NCBI GenBank assembly: GCA_021613535.1
Contig: CP075493.1
Span: forward strand, 1,550,001-1,614,000
From: Adineta vaga
Taxonomy: Eukaryota > Animalia > Rotifera
Direction of reading: 5' to 3'
Length of the DNA stretch: 64,000 bases
The first letter of the stretch is position 1; every line of letters begins with the position of its first letter. The position numbers were made by a program, and so were the translations under genes. The notes under the pieces are model-generated. The model ran no database searches, had not been told where the DNA came from, and worked only from the letters and a program-made list of their open reading frames with translations. Of this stretch, positions 39,690 to 52,484 are shown one piece after another.

Positions 39690-40935
39690 ATGAATATAGA
39701 AGAGAAGAAGAAACGTAAAGTTACTTTTAAAGAAGTTGATGAAGGAAATAAAAAACAAAAACAAAATCAAACAACGCAAGATACACGTTTACATAGTGGA
39801 AAATATACATTAGATAGTGATGAAGATGATGATGATGACGATCAAGGAAACGAAAAAGAAATGAATCAAGATAATCTTGAAGGTAAGTTTTGTTGAATTA
39901 TTTATGAATCAAACTTTTCTTTTTCTCAAATAGAAATTGGACAAGAACGTGCAACTATTGGATTTGATGATGATGTGAAAATTACACCATTTAATATTGA
40001 TGAAGAATTAGAAGATGGTCATTATGATGAAACAGGATGTTTTCAATGGAAAAAGAAAGATGATGTTCACGATGCATGGCTTGATGAAATCGATTGGACC
40101 AATGTGAAAAATTATAAATTAAAAAATCCTCAAGCAACGGATGAAGATCCGAATAATTCAACGACCGATATTCGCCCTGAAGAAGATGAAGAAGAGACTG
40201 ATGAAATAGAATTTAATGAAGCGAATACAATCAGATCGATGTTAGTTCTGATGCAACCCGGTGAATCTGTTGTTCGTACAATCAAACGACTAGGTGCTGC
40301 GATAGCAAAGTAAGATAAGAAATCTTTGGAAAAAAAACAAGTCTTTATATAATTTATTTTCACAGTAATAAACCGAAACAACAAGGAAAACAACGTAAAT
40401 TACTTCCAGGTGAAGTTCCTAAACCAGCAGCTATTGAACAAACACCTGAAGAATTGAAAAAAAATAAACTTCTTCTTGAAGAAATGTCTGGTTTAGCTAA
40501 TCAATTCGTATCCAATGGTGAAGCTGATATCTATCAAGAAACTTATGAACGTCTTAAATCAAAATTGGATCGTCTTCAATCATCAACAACATCAAAAGTA
40601 ACAACGTCCACATTTGATATGTTTGGAGATAGTGATATATCTACATCGATAAATAAACCAACGACAGAAACAAAACGTAAGACAATAAAATCTAAGAAAT
40701 ATTTCATTTCGATTATTGATTCTTTTCTCTTTCAGCATCATCAGAAGTACTTTGGGAATATACAACTAATGAAAATATACCAGGAGATCTTCAAGGTCCA
40801 TTTACAACGGAACAAATGGTTCGTTTAACAGAAATGGAAGGCAAATTAGATAAAGAAAAAGTTCGATGTCGTCGGATTGGTACCGAACAATTCTATTCCA
40901 TAAAACGTATTGATTTTGATCTGTATCTCGATTAA
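39690..40935 (+). CDS. CD2BP2: U5 snRNP 52K protein / CD2BP2
   Basis: GKYTLDSDED, ITPFNIDEELEDGHYD, DAWLDEIDW, MQPGESV, IYQETYE, FDMFG, and a C-terminal GYF-type domain WEY...GPFTTEQM...FYSIKRIDFDLY. Confidence 0.92.
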
Positions 40936-41267
40936 AAGTATTATGTGTAAATAACTTCTACTTCTTTCTCTTTCTTGTTGATTCAATAAAAAAAAACGTC
41001 TAAACAGTGGTTTACTAAATTTGTCTTTTCTGCTATGAAATATACACGAACGTTTATTCATCAAGATGGTTGCATTATTTCCTTTGATGATTTGGAGAAA
41101 ATAGGATAATAGATAGTTTTTTGAAATGTTTATTTATAAATATGTAGATATATTGCAAAAAAAGGACTGGAAATAACTACAGAATCATATGTACGATTAA
41201 AAAATCATGATGACAAGAGAAAAAAAAAGGAACATATGATTTTAAATATTAAAAAATCTCATTCTCT

Positions 41268-44200
41268 TCAAGCTTGTTTTGGTTTGTTTAAAAGTGTTAA
41301 TGAGTCGAGTTTTGGTCGTGATTCATGGACTTTTTCAACAAATGAATAACCGAGAAGACTTGGTTGAAATTGAATTGAAACAAGTCGAAATAATGTTGTT
41401 GTTGGTTGAAGATAATCATAGACACGAATGGAAATTGGTGACCAGTTGACAACTGTTGATAATCGTTCAAGACACCATTCCATACAGATATCTTTACCAT
41501 AAATTGTTGATGGAACATTGATGAAAAGACTGAGTTTGTTTAAGCATCGATCATATCGGAAATATTGAACATTTTCAACACGGCTTAAGAAGAATCCAAT
41601 TTGACGTTCATTGACACGCATTCCTGAAATCAAATGATACAAGATTGAATCGTTTTGAAAAACTAAAATAAAGGATCGTTGTATTTACCTGATGGAAGTT
41701 CGATATCAATAACAATTGTACGATTGAATGTATCTTTAGCTAAACGTTGAGCTTCAGTTGTTGGTGTATAGGTCAAACAAGTTTTAGCAAGGATTTCATT
41801 GAGCCAATTCTTTGGTTGAAATTCTTGTGTTAATTTAAATGGCATTGGTTCAATTGGTTTTTGTTGTTCTTTATCAGCAAAGATTTTGACAATAGAAACA
41901 CCAGCAATACCGAAACCATGAACTGAATAGGTAATTTCACGGACTGGTAATGTAATGTGAAAGATTTGAATAGCATCGAAGTTCTTTGAATCAATTTTGA
42001 ATTGTTGTTTTTCTCCGTTGTCAGCAGCCATATCGATTGTTACGGCAACTTTATCCATTTCGAATTGTTTACGGAAAAGACAACTGAGTCTGGTTGAAAC
42101 TTCACTGAAGAAAATAGCATCTAAGATTGTGTCATATTGTGGGTGAATTGTTAATTGTTTAACAGCCCAACGTGCCATATCAAATGCTGTACGATAATCA
42201 TTATAATAAGCATAGAGTGAGATGGTCATTGAGTTAATCAATAATTCATCGCTAATTGTCATTTTGTCATCAACATTCTTCCAATATTTTGAATTGTCTT
42301 CTGGTACAACAGTTAATTTACGTGTGATGAGTGTATCATGGATCTTTTGACGTAAATCTGTTGAAATATGACGATCTTGAATGAATGCTAATTCAATTAA
42401 AGTAATTGGAATAATATGTGATTTAACATCTGGAACACGTGATACTAAATAACGATGAGCACGCATAACTGGACTATTTTCTCCTTCGAATAATCGACGA
42501 CGGATAAATTCAGGCATACAATCGGATGAATTGTCACGTGTGAGTGAATAGAGAACAATAGCAGTTAAGGATTCTCGACGAAATTCACCAGCACAGAATT
42601 GATAATGAAAACATGCACCATTATCTTCGAATGAACCATCTTCATGTTGATGAGATAAAATCCAGTTTAATGTACGGTTAAGTGTAACATTATCACGGAA
42701 TGGCATCATTGGTGAAATCATGGCACCAAAAGCTAATGATGTTAAGTAAAGTGATGGATGACGTGATCGATCATCGGCAATGAATGAAAATGAACCATTG
42801 TAATCATTATAAAATTGAAGTTCTTGATAAGCTGCTGTGATATTTTCAGCAGTCATATTGAAATAGACTGATTCAGTTTGGAGAGTTTCGTTGTAATAAC
42901 GACGAAGAGCAAGTGAACGATAGAGACGAACAAGTGCGCGATCAATACCAACTAATGCAGCAGTGCTCATGGTGTATTTTTTGAAGAATCGTTCAAGAAA
43001 AGATCCTAAATTAAAAATTAATTATTCGAAAAAGTTCAAGCAAAGAAAATAAATCTACCTGATGCTGAGACTCGAACTGCACGAAGGTTTGTTGGTTCGA
43101 CGATTTTTTCAACAATTGGACCATAGGTTTTCTTTTCACCTGTTAAATCGAATAAACGAGCTGTGATTTCTTTACGTTCAATAAGTGGTTCACGAACGAA
43201 AAGAGTTAAGATTTCATAATCACCACCGAATTCGGATTCAACTTCAAGAACAATTTGAAGAAGACCACAACGTTTTGGAATAAGAACAAGGCTTCGTGTT
43301 TCAACACCGAATGTTTTGAGTGATGGAATTGTAAGTGTATAATCTTTATCTTTGCTTGATACAACAACATCTGGTTTCGATTGTTCAATAAGTTCGAAAT
43401 CAGGTGATGCACGAATACGGAAGATAACATTAGTTAAATCTTTTTCCAAATAATTGTTAATACCATAGGTAAAGAGCATATGTTCACCGACTCGACCATA
43501 TTTTTCACAGTCAGCAAGAACGAAAAGACCTTGATTTGTTGGTAAACGAATTGGTTGAGCAATTGATAAACCTGATTTGCTGTTAAGAGCAAATCCAGTT
43601 GCGAGCCATGTTGAGTATGGTTTTGTTCGTGGAAGAACAACTTTGCCAGTTCCTTGTGATTCAATACGGCTTGTGTTGAAGAAGATTGAACGGTAATATC
43701 CAATACGAGATTGTTCTTCAAGCATAACTGGTGGAATCATCATTGATAAACCATATTGACTAATATATTGTTCAAGTAAATCACGAGCTTCATCACGAAT
43801 ATTAAATGATGAACGTTCCAAGACTGTTAATGATTCTTGACGAAATTTGGAGAATAATTTTGTTAAATTTTCACGTTTCATTTCAACTGGAACACGTAAT
43901 GAATCGAAATCAGAGACAATGGATAAACCGGATTGCATGAATTTGAATGCTTCTTGTGAGAATGAATTTAATCGTGAACTCATACGTTCATACCATTTTC
44001 GTGTACCGTATTCTGTTGATTGACTAGACAAGGTTTCTTTTTCAACATTCATATCTTGTTCAGGTTTTCGTGGAATTGGTTTTGTTTTTGGTTCAGTAGC
44101 GAAGACAAGTGGCATACTTGTAGCTATTACGAAATCATCGTTATGAACTGAAACATCAAATTGATTGATAGTTCTATCAAGTTGACGATCGAATTCTGAT

Positions 44201-47191
44201 GAGGTTGATTCTTCATTTGGCATATCACCGTAGATACGACCCATTTTTGATGAAACATAGATATCATCACCTTCTACTGGAAGTAATGTATGATCTGTAT
44301 GAACACCAAAGATCATCTTTTCAACTGGATAACGAGCTTCATAGCCCTAAAAAATGAAAATGAAATTTAATTAGAATGGAAAGATGAAACCATTTAATTC
44401 TATACCACACGTTCGAGACGAGCTTGTTCATCTTCATCAGCTTCGCTTATTGTTCGACGAGCGAAAGCTGAGTTTTGTGGAGCACCACCCATTGGTCCTT
44501 GACCACCGTTCATTGGTCCTTGAGCACCACCCATTGGTCCTTGAGCACCACCCATTGGTCCTTGAGCACCACCCATTGGTCCTTGAGCACCACCCATTGG
44601 TCCTTGACCACCGTTCATTGGTCCTTGACCACCGTTCATTGGTCCTTGAGCACCACCCATTGGTCCTTGAAAAGCTGAGTTTTGTCCAGACATATCTCCA
44701 TTTGGTGGCATTTGACGTTGAGCACGAACAACTGATTCACCTGATGGCATTGTTGGCATACTGACGAGAGGTACATGTTCGTATGAAGTTAAATATCGAA
44801 GTAATCGTTCCTTGGTAACTTCGTTTGATAAACCTTGTAAGATACCATCGAATTCAAATACATTAAGACCAACAGTTGATTCTGGAACACCAGTGAATGA
44901 AAGTTCAACACGTGTTTTATCTTGTACTTTATCGGAAATAACAATTGGTTTTGTGTTCATTTCTGGTACAAATTTGAAGTTGTCAACAACTGTTTCAGTT
45001 GATGTAAATGGAACAATTGTAGCATTTAATGTTAATGAACTTTGAAAAAGACCAGCAACTGAAAAACGATATGTTTCAGCAACATTGAAACCGAATGATG
45101 GTTGGAAGGCATAGACGAGTAAAGTCGAATATGGAACCATATCACGTGTAATATAAATTGGTAAAGTACCGTTGAAAACACATGTGAGTGGCATTTGTTC
45201 TTCTGGTCGGAGAGCACGTTTTGTTTTGATTTGACATTCTTTGGTTGGTTTAATGTGAAATTCACCGGTAAGAGTAATACGACCATTTGTCATAAGAACG
45301 TATGACATGAGTAATGGTTCGAATTTTTCAACTGGTTTTGATGGAATCAATTGAATGTAAAAGTTTGAAACACGGTCAACAGTTGAGATTTGTGAACTGA
45401 CGACTGGTACATTGACATCGGTATTGACTGGAGCGACTGTTGATGGTAAAAGTTCGATGGATAATTTAGCACCATTACGACGAGGTGTTGGCATTAATGG
45501 AATTGTAACGGTACGGTAACCATGGATTTTACCATCTTCACCTACTGGCGTAACCTAAATCATTCAAAATATAGAAACATGTTAAAAAAGAAGACGACAA
45601 GAATACATACTGTCATAAGAACACCAATACAGTTTTCAGGGAATTCCATGTTGAAGAAACCCATATCATTACGACCACTAGAACGAAAGAATAGAGAAAA
45701 ATAATCATCTGTTTGTTAAATTGAATTTGTTCATACCGTGTATAGAAATCTTTAATTTCAACAATTTTTTCTTCTTGTTCTTGATCTTTTTCACCACGGA
45801 GAATCATACGAACATTAACGATCATATTTTCCATTTGAATTGGTTTACCATCTGGGCGTTTAGCAGTAACAGTATATTCATTTTTCATACCAGCTTCAAA
45901 TTCAAGTGGACGGATTTCATAAATGATATCACGTGTAAAAACTGGAATTAAATGACGAATGACACGTTCTTGACCAGTTTGAAGATCAGTAACTTGAATG
46001 TAAATTTGAATAGCAAGAGCTTTGCTGATATCAATTTCGAATAATGATAAAAGATCATAGTTTAATTCGATACGGCCAGCAATTTCAAATTTCTGTGATT
46101 TCCATTTACGCCATTCTTCACTTTTTGTTGGTTCTTCCTTTCGTGCTTGACTTTTCATTGTCATTTCGAATTCTTGTTCAGTAACTTGACCAATGGAAAC
46201 GATAGCACGACCAAAGATAGGTGTGTTGTCGTCATCAGCAATTTCAATAACACCACGAAGAAATTTATCTGTACGAAGAAGAAATCGTTGAAAGATAGCT
46301 TTAAGATCGAATGATGGTGTAACTGGACGAGAGACAATAACTTGAATAGATGATGTTGTATTGTCAATTGTAGCTGACACAAGCCATCCACCAAGGTTAA
46401 CATCTTCACCAATTGGAAATCGGAGAGTTTCGGTAAGACCTAAATAGATTCAATAAAATTAAAATCATTCATTGTTGAAAACAAAAAGAAAACTTTACCT
46501 GAACGAATTGGAACGCGTGGAAATTCACCGACAAGCTTAAGAGCAGCATCCTATCATGAAAAAAAGATTTTTTGTATAACAAAAACAAAACAAAAATTAT
46601 AATATAACTTACATAAATTTCAATGTTGATTTCATCGCTTTCAATTGGCATAAGTTCTTCAGTTGTAGCAATGACACGGATTTCCATGGTATCATGTGGA
46701 CGATAGGTTGATGCTGATGTTTGAACGAGGAGAACATGACGACTATCGTAGACAATAACATCACGTTTTTCTTCGAATTGAAGACCACCAGTACCAGTGA
46801 TGATTAATTCACCAGCACCAATTGGAAATTCTTTTGGAAGAGTTAATGTAGCATTACGTGTTTCACCAGGTTTGCAAACAACTTTTTGTTCGAGACGTTT
46901 GGATCCGAGAATAAAATCGAATTTAACTTCTACAGGTTGTGCTGCAGAAGCAATAAAAATTGAAAGTTGGTTATCATAATCAACTTTAAAAAGTTTCGGT
47001 ACGATAACGAGATAAGAACTAGAAAAAAAACGAATGATTTTCTTCAATTAGATTTAAAGACGACAACTTACTCTTTGGCAAAAGTTACGCTTGTTAAGGC
47101 AACCAAGCCGAAAATGATCAATGACCACTAGAAAATATAAATATATATGAAATCAAAATTGAAAGAAAAATCATTTCACGCTTACATTCAT
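41268..47191 (-). CDS. Alpha-2-macroglobulin/TEP (CD109-like) family secreted protein lacking the thioester motif
   Basis: Signal peptide, YLVIVPK, VQTSASTYRP (QTDKPIYKP-like), STWLATGFAL, DGSFED, LTAIVL, IDIELPSG, VYDY. Roughly 1,800 aa over about ten exons. Confidence 0.88.
44480..44668 (-). repeat. Coding minisatellite: 9 x 21 nt (QGPMGGA/QGPMNGG)
   Basis: Units gagcaccacccattggtcctt / gaccaccgttcattggtcctt, flanked on both sides by aaagctgagttttg (QNSAF). Confidence 0.97.
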
Positions 47192-47221
47192 TGTGGTTGA
47201 TGAGAAGAGATTTGTAATTTG

Positions 47222-47248
47222 AACTGATTATCGACATCGGTTTATATA
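47222..47248 (-). promoter_or_regulatory. Putative TATA box + initiator of the TEP gene
   Basis: TATATAAA (47248-47241) followed by TCAGTT (47227-47222), ~30 nt upstream of the ATG. Spacing is slightly shorter than canonical. Confidence 0.45.
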
Positions 47249-50022
47249 GAGGTGAACGCAGCTGACTAAAAGCAATAGTTCAAGTCAGATAATTCTATAG
47301 TCAGTACTGTTTGATTCTGTTCGACAAAGAACATGTATAGTGTGAAAGTTCTAGAACAGAAGAAATAATCGTGTCATATCCCTGGATATAATGAAAACAG
47401 ACAAATACGACGGTTCACTTGTATCTTATTTTGTCGAATCCATTGTTACTACCGTCTATAGAAACAAAAAGAGAAACTTCGTACTCAATAGTCGGTTTGG
47501 TTACATCACATTTTGACGTCGAATAAGTGCAAAAAATCGAAAGTTTTTTTTACCGAATAAATTAATTTTACTAGTAAATTTCTTGTAGATTATATTAAAT
47601 AAAAATCTTCCATCCTAATTTGATGGATGATTGATGGGAATATTAATGAATTTAAGCAAGCTTATCTTTCCGTATGCATATTGAACAATGCTTCAAAAAT
47701 TAGATTTAATAGAATATTCCAGATAAAACTTCATTAATCAGCTTGAACATGAAATTTTTTGAAACAAAAAAATGAGCAAAATTAATTTCAAACTGTACGT
47801 TTGGAGTACACAATCAAAAAAATTTCTTCCTGGTTTTTGATTTTATCATCAAGTAGATTTCTTTTGAAGTATATTTTCAAAAAGATAAGTTAAGTAAATC
47901 AAGGGTATAGAAAGAACTTATATTAGATCATAAGAAAAGTAGGATCCTACTCGATCTTCTTTCTTGTCTCTTCTCTCAATCCTCTTCAATTAACAATTCT
48001 ATATGATAAAATTTCAAGATTAATTATTCTTCGTTAGATAATTGTTTATCTCATATTTCAAGTATCAGATATAGGATTATATTCATGAATAAGTTCTTTC
48101 AAAATCAATGGTTACAATTGCTTTTGACATTTATGAAAATCATGATCTAACATATATACTCATTCATTCATTCATTTTGTTCATAAATAATCAATCAGTT
48201 CGATTGTTTGAAGTATATTTTTAATTTTTCAATTAAATAAAAATTAATTAAATTGACGTGAAGAAATGTAATCTTTTAACAAGCTTATGTACTTGAAATC
48301 TAGGATTGACGCACGCATGAGACAGAAAGATTCAACTTGATCATGCACAAATGACATTTTATTAATCTGATTATCGTTAAGTAAAAATATTCAAACGTGT
48401 CTTGAACTTTTACAAATTTGTTTTTGTCTTTTTTTTCTACAAAAATTTAATGATGTAAATTCAACAATTATTGGTTCCTTGTTTTTTTCTTCTTCTTCTT
48501 CTTCTTCATAATTAAACATTATCATAGAAAGATAACATGCAGTATGAAAGAAAGAAAGGCTAATGGCAAGATTCAGGCAAATGAATGAGAAGACATTAGA
48601 TACTCTCGTTAAATAAGCGGAAGTTGATAATGTGTAGAAACATAGATTTTTCAATTACAAGTCGTTGTATTTCTTCTTCTTCTTCTTCTCTATTATCATG
48701 ATAATTAACGGATAGTTATACGCCTTTTTGAAGAACGCCTCATCATTTCTACGTCTGTTATTCTCTAGAGAATTACATATATTACTTCACTACTCGACCT
48801 AACCATTGTCTTATATTTGGTTTTGTAAAACCAAGAAGAAACTAACGTTAATTATTTATTATTCGAATAGAATTTCTGACGATGAAGATGAGAAACTAGA
48901 AAACAACATTTCAATGACGATCGTCTATTTTTCTTTAAATCCTAATATTATAATTGAGAAAAGATCAAAGCATTATTGTTTTTCTCATTTGCAAATTAGA
49001 TTTTTTTCAGGTAATTTTCATTTTCGAATGAAATTATCTGGAAAAAAAGCCCTGTTTCTTTTCTATCATCATACGCAACATATTCTATAGTAAACAAAGA
49101 AGGAACAAGTATTTCTGGATAGAATTCTTTGATTCTTAGACTATGAATAACCTATTATCTAAACCTACTAGATTGAATAATCAATATTCAAACATTGAAT
49201 CCGTATGTAGGCGTCTATGTGTAGGAGAAATAGTCTTTTTTAAGAATTTCTTGTCATTATATAGAAAATATAGATTTGTTTGATCTATTTTCCATATATA
49301 TATACATTTGATAATCAGACAACGAGCTTGTGGAAGATCTAATCTTATCAATAGATTTGTGAAGAGAATAGAAAGGAAGTACATGTAGAAAAATTTTGTA
49401 CGTGACAGAGTTGTTTTTGTTTCCTCATTCTTGTTTTCTTCTTTGTAATGTAACAGTATGTGTGAAAATACTCAAATGTTAAGATCACTTTTCTGCTAAT
49501 GAATTTCCTGAATTTATATATCTGCTCTTGTATTTCTTTATCTAGATAAATATTTCTAGTCATTCCTAGATTTGACATATCGATGTAACATTCCACTCGT
49601 TTTTTCTTTCATTTTTTCCGTAGGTGAGGAAAGTAGGTAATGTGATGAACTAAAGAAAGATAGTTTTGTTTGTTTTTTTCTATGTTTATATATAAAATGG
49701 TAATCATAATCATGATTCTTTTCTCCAAAGTCATTAACAAGCTAATCAATTCTGACTTTGTAATTGTCTATGAGGGAGGACAAGAGAAAAATGAGAAGAA
49801 AAATATTTCGATGACAATAATGATCATATGCTTGAGTAGATGAACATGCTAAACAAGTTAATAAGGACAAAAGAAGAGAAAGAAGATCTTTGTTATTGAT
49901 GTTTCTCTTCTTTCTTTTTTTTTGTTTTTATCAAAAGCAAATGACATTAATATTGTAGGTTGTCCTCATCCTTTTTATCATTTTTGTTTCCTCTTCATCA
50001 TCATCGTTATTTACTTGTCGAA

Positions 50023-51134
50023 ATGAAATCTCAAATGCTCACTTTACTATTATTGACTATCGGCGCCCATTTACTACAATCTACGCATCAAGTAATTTGC
50101 ATAAGTTTACTTTTATTTCTCATAATTTCTGTTTCTCTTCGATTTAGTATCGTCCTCGAAAACGTGAAATAACTGAATATGATGTATGTCATTCGAAGAA
50201 TTCCATAGGAAATCAATTTGTTTTGTATTTATTTAGTTAACTAATTTTATTGTCGGTAGTTGCTCTGCTGATCAGGTTGACACGATCATCCAAAATCTTT
50301 GTGATCAAACATTACAATCGGCACTTATGGGTGTAAGTTTTTATTTTTATCGTTGATTGATATTAAGAAGCTCATCAATGGATTATTTCATTTAGCAATT
50401 TCCATTCTTATTATTTTATTGTAAGGAAATCGGTTCCGGAAATCGATATTGTGACAATCTCAATCGTTATATACTTGCAATGAAAAATGTTGGAACTAAA
50501 GTATGTTAAATCTTTTCATTTATTGAATAGTTCTATGATTTATTATTGATTCATAGAGATTTGTATCTCGTCGATTTGTACGAACAATTGATGAAAATAA
50601 TAAATCATCTCGAGAAACCCAGGAGAATCATGCCAATACAGATGTATGTATATAGAAATACCGACATAAACATTTGAAAAAGAAATGTTCAATATATTTA
50701 GCTCGAAGAGAAATTAATTCTACGACTATGTATGACAAAAATGGACAAAAGTTCAATGAGAGTGCAACGTATGTGCAATCAAACATTAGACGCAATTGAA
50801 CAAGGAGTATGATAAATTAGATGCTTTAGTTTGCATTTTCTGAATGATTAATATGCATCTTTCTCTATTTATTATTCAGCGATATCCTGAAATTAAACAA
50901 TTTTGCAAATCTCAACCCGGTTCCGACTATTGCCATGATGTTCTATCATTATCCTCAATAAACTCTCGACCATCATCCAAAGAATCGTCATCTTATTTCT
51001 CATCGTTACGTTCACATGCACCTGATAGTCATCTTAAGTCCGTACCATTTGAATCTTTGAAAATGTCTGACGTCGACTCGGTCATTGATCAACAAAGGAT
51101 GAATAAAAACACAAATAAATTATCATTATTATAA
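50023..51134 (+). CDS. Secreted precursor with two homologous 4-Cys modules and basic cleavage sites (unknown family)
   Basis: Seven exons joined by six phase-0 GT-AG introns give one open frame: signal peptide, RPRKR, Cys module 1, KRFVSRRFVR, Cys module 2, Ser-rich tail. Confidence 0.85.
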
Positions 51135-52484
51135 TCAACACGAAAAAAAAAGAAATCGATGTGTAAAAGAATCTTTTGTGTCTTCTCATTCTCTCTTCAG
51201 TTTTCAAAGGCGTCATCATCATATGAAATAAGAAAAATATAATAAAGAAGTGTCCACGTACAGCAAAAAAAAGAAATATATTGTTTAATTTTCGTCAAAT
51301 CTTTGTTCGAGTCATCCTCCGGTATTCAAGCTTTATGAGATTAAAATAAACAATCATAGAGATTAAATACCAAAGAGGCAACTCGTCCAAAAGAAAAATG
51401 AATTATCTATTGTAATGTCTCGTTGATATATATATTTATATATCATTGGAATAAGAAGAAAATGAAAGAGTATTAAAGAAATAAGAGAGTACTGCACACA
51501 CACACAAGTTGAAAATGATGCATATTCCAAGACATTTTTTTTCTACTTTTCTTGCTTGTTCGTCGTTATTACCATTGGTAAATAGAGTTTCAATAGAACT
51601 AATTCTATGTCCATCACACTGGGTGTCTTTAAACTATTCTATACTTGAATGTTTGCGTATGTATATATATATATATGCCGAATTCGTTCATAGTATATTT
51701 CTTCTCTCTTTCTCTCTTGTTGAAAACGATTATTTTTATTCGAGTATATTTCGACCTGTTGAGAGAAGAAAAAAAGAAGAAAGAATTTGATTTTATTCTT
51801 TGATTATAATAGGTCTCTATTGTTGTTATCAACAGAACATTAGACAGAAGAGAAGTAATATATGATTGTTCTTAAATATTTAATTCAATGTGACAAATGT
51901 ATAATACATACTCGAGAAGAAAAAAAGAACGAATAAGACAGAATAATAGTCATACTTATTGTTTCTTGATTCAAAAATGCATTTATTGAATAGAGAAACA
52001 TCGAACAGAGAACGTTTACAAAAGAAAATGAAATAGCAAATTCACTTTTGATGTACATACATATAATACTAGTTCACATATAAAGAGAAACGAAAAAAAA
52101 AAGTATGGCACGATGTATCGAGTTGATTAACAAGAATACAAAAGAGAACTTTTCACGATTCATGAAATATAAATGTTTAACATCGTTTTAAGAACAGACA
52201 AAGACAATTAGTGGGTGTGGGTGGTGTTTTTCTTCTTCTTCTGTATTGTAAATACTGTCGTTTGAGCAAAATTGATGATAAATATAAGAAATATATAAAG
52301 AAAAGAATTCGTTGATTGATTTTTCTCAACTAAAAATGGAAAAAAATGTCTTGTTGGTGAAATTGTTTTAAAATTATCGATTAGAATTATTGAGAGAAAT
52401 AATATTGCAAAAATTCAACAAAAGATGCATTGACAATTTCAAGAAATAAACATCTGAAGAGTCGACTGATAATTGGAAGGAGAT

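Noticed and set aside
44480-44668. Possible CRISPR-like array
   Set aside because: Units are directly tandem with no unique spacers and lie in frame within a eukaryotic exon.
44384-44764. Plus-strand ORFs with LEHHPLV / WSLSTTH repeats
   Set aside because: Antisense shadows of the coding minisatellite in the TEP gene.
47250-49950. Short ORFs in the long spacer
   Set aside because: No splice-consistent model or recognisable motifs; expected by chance in AT-rich DNA.
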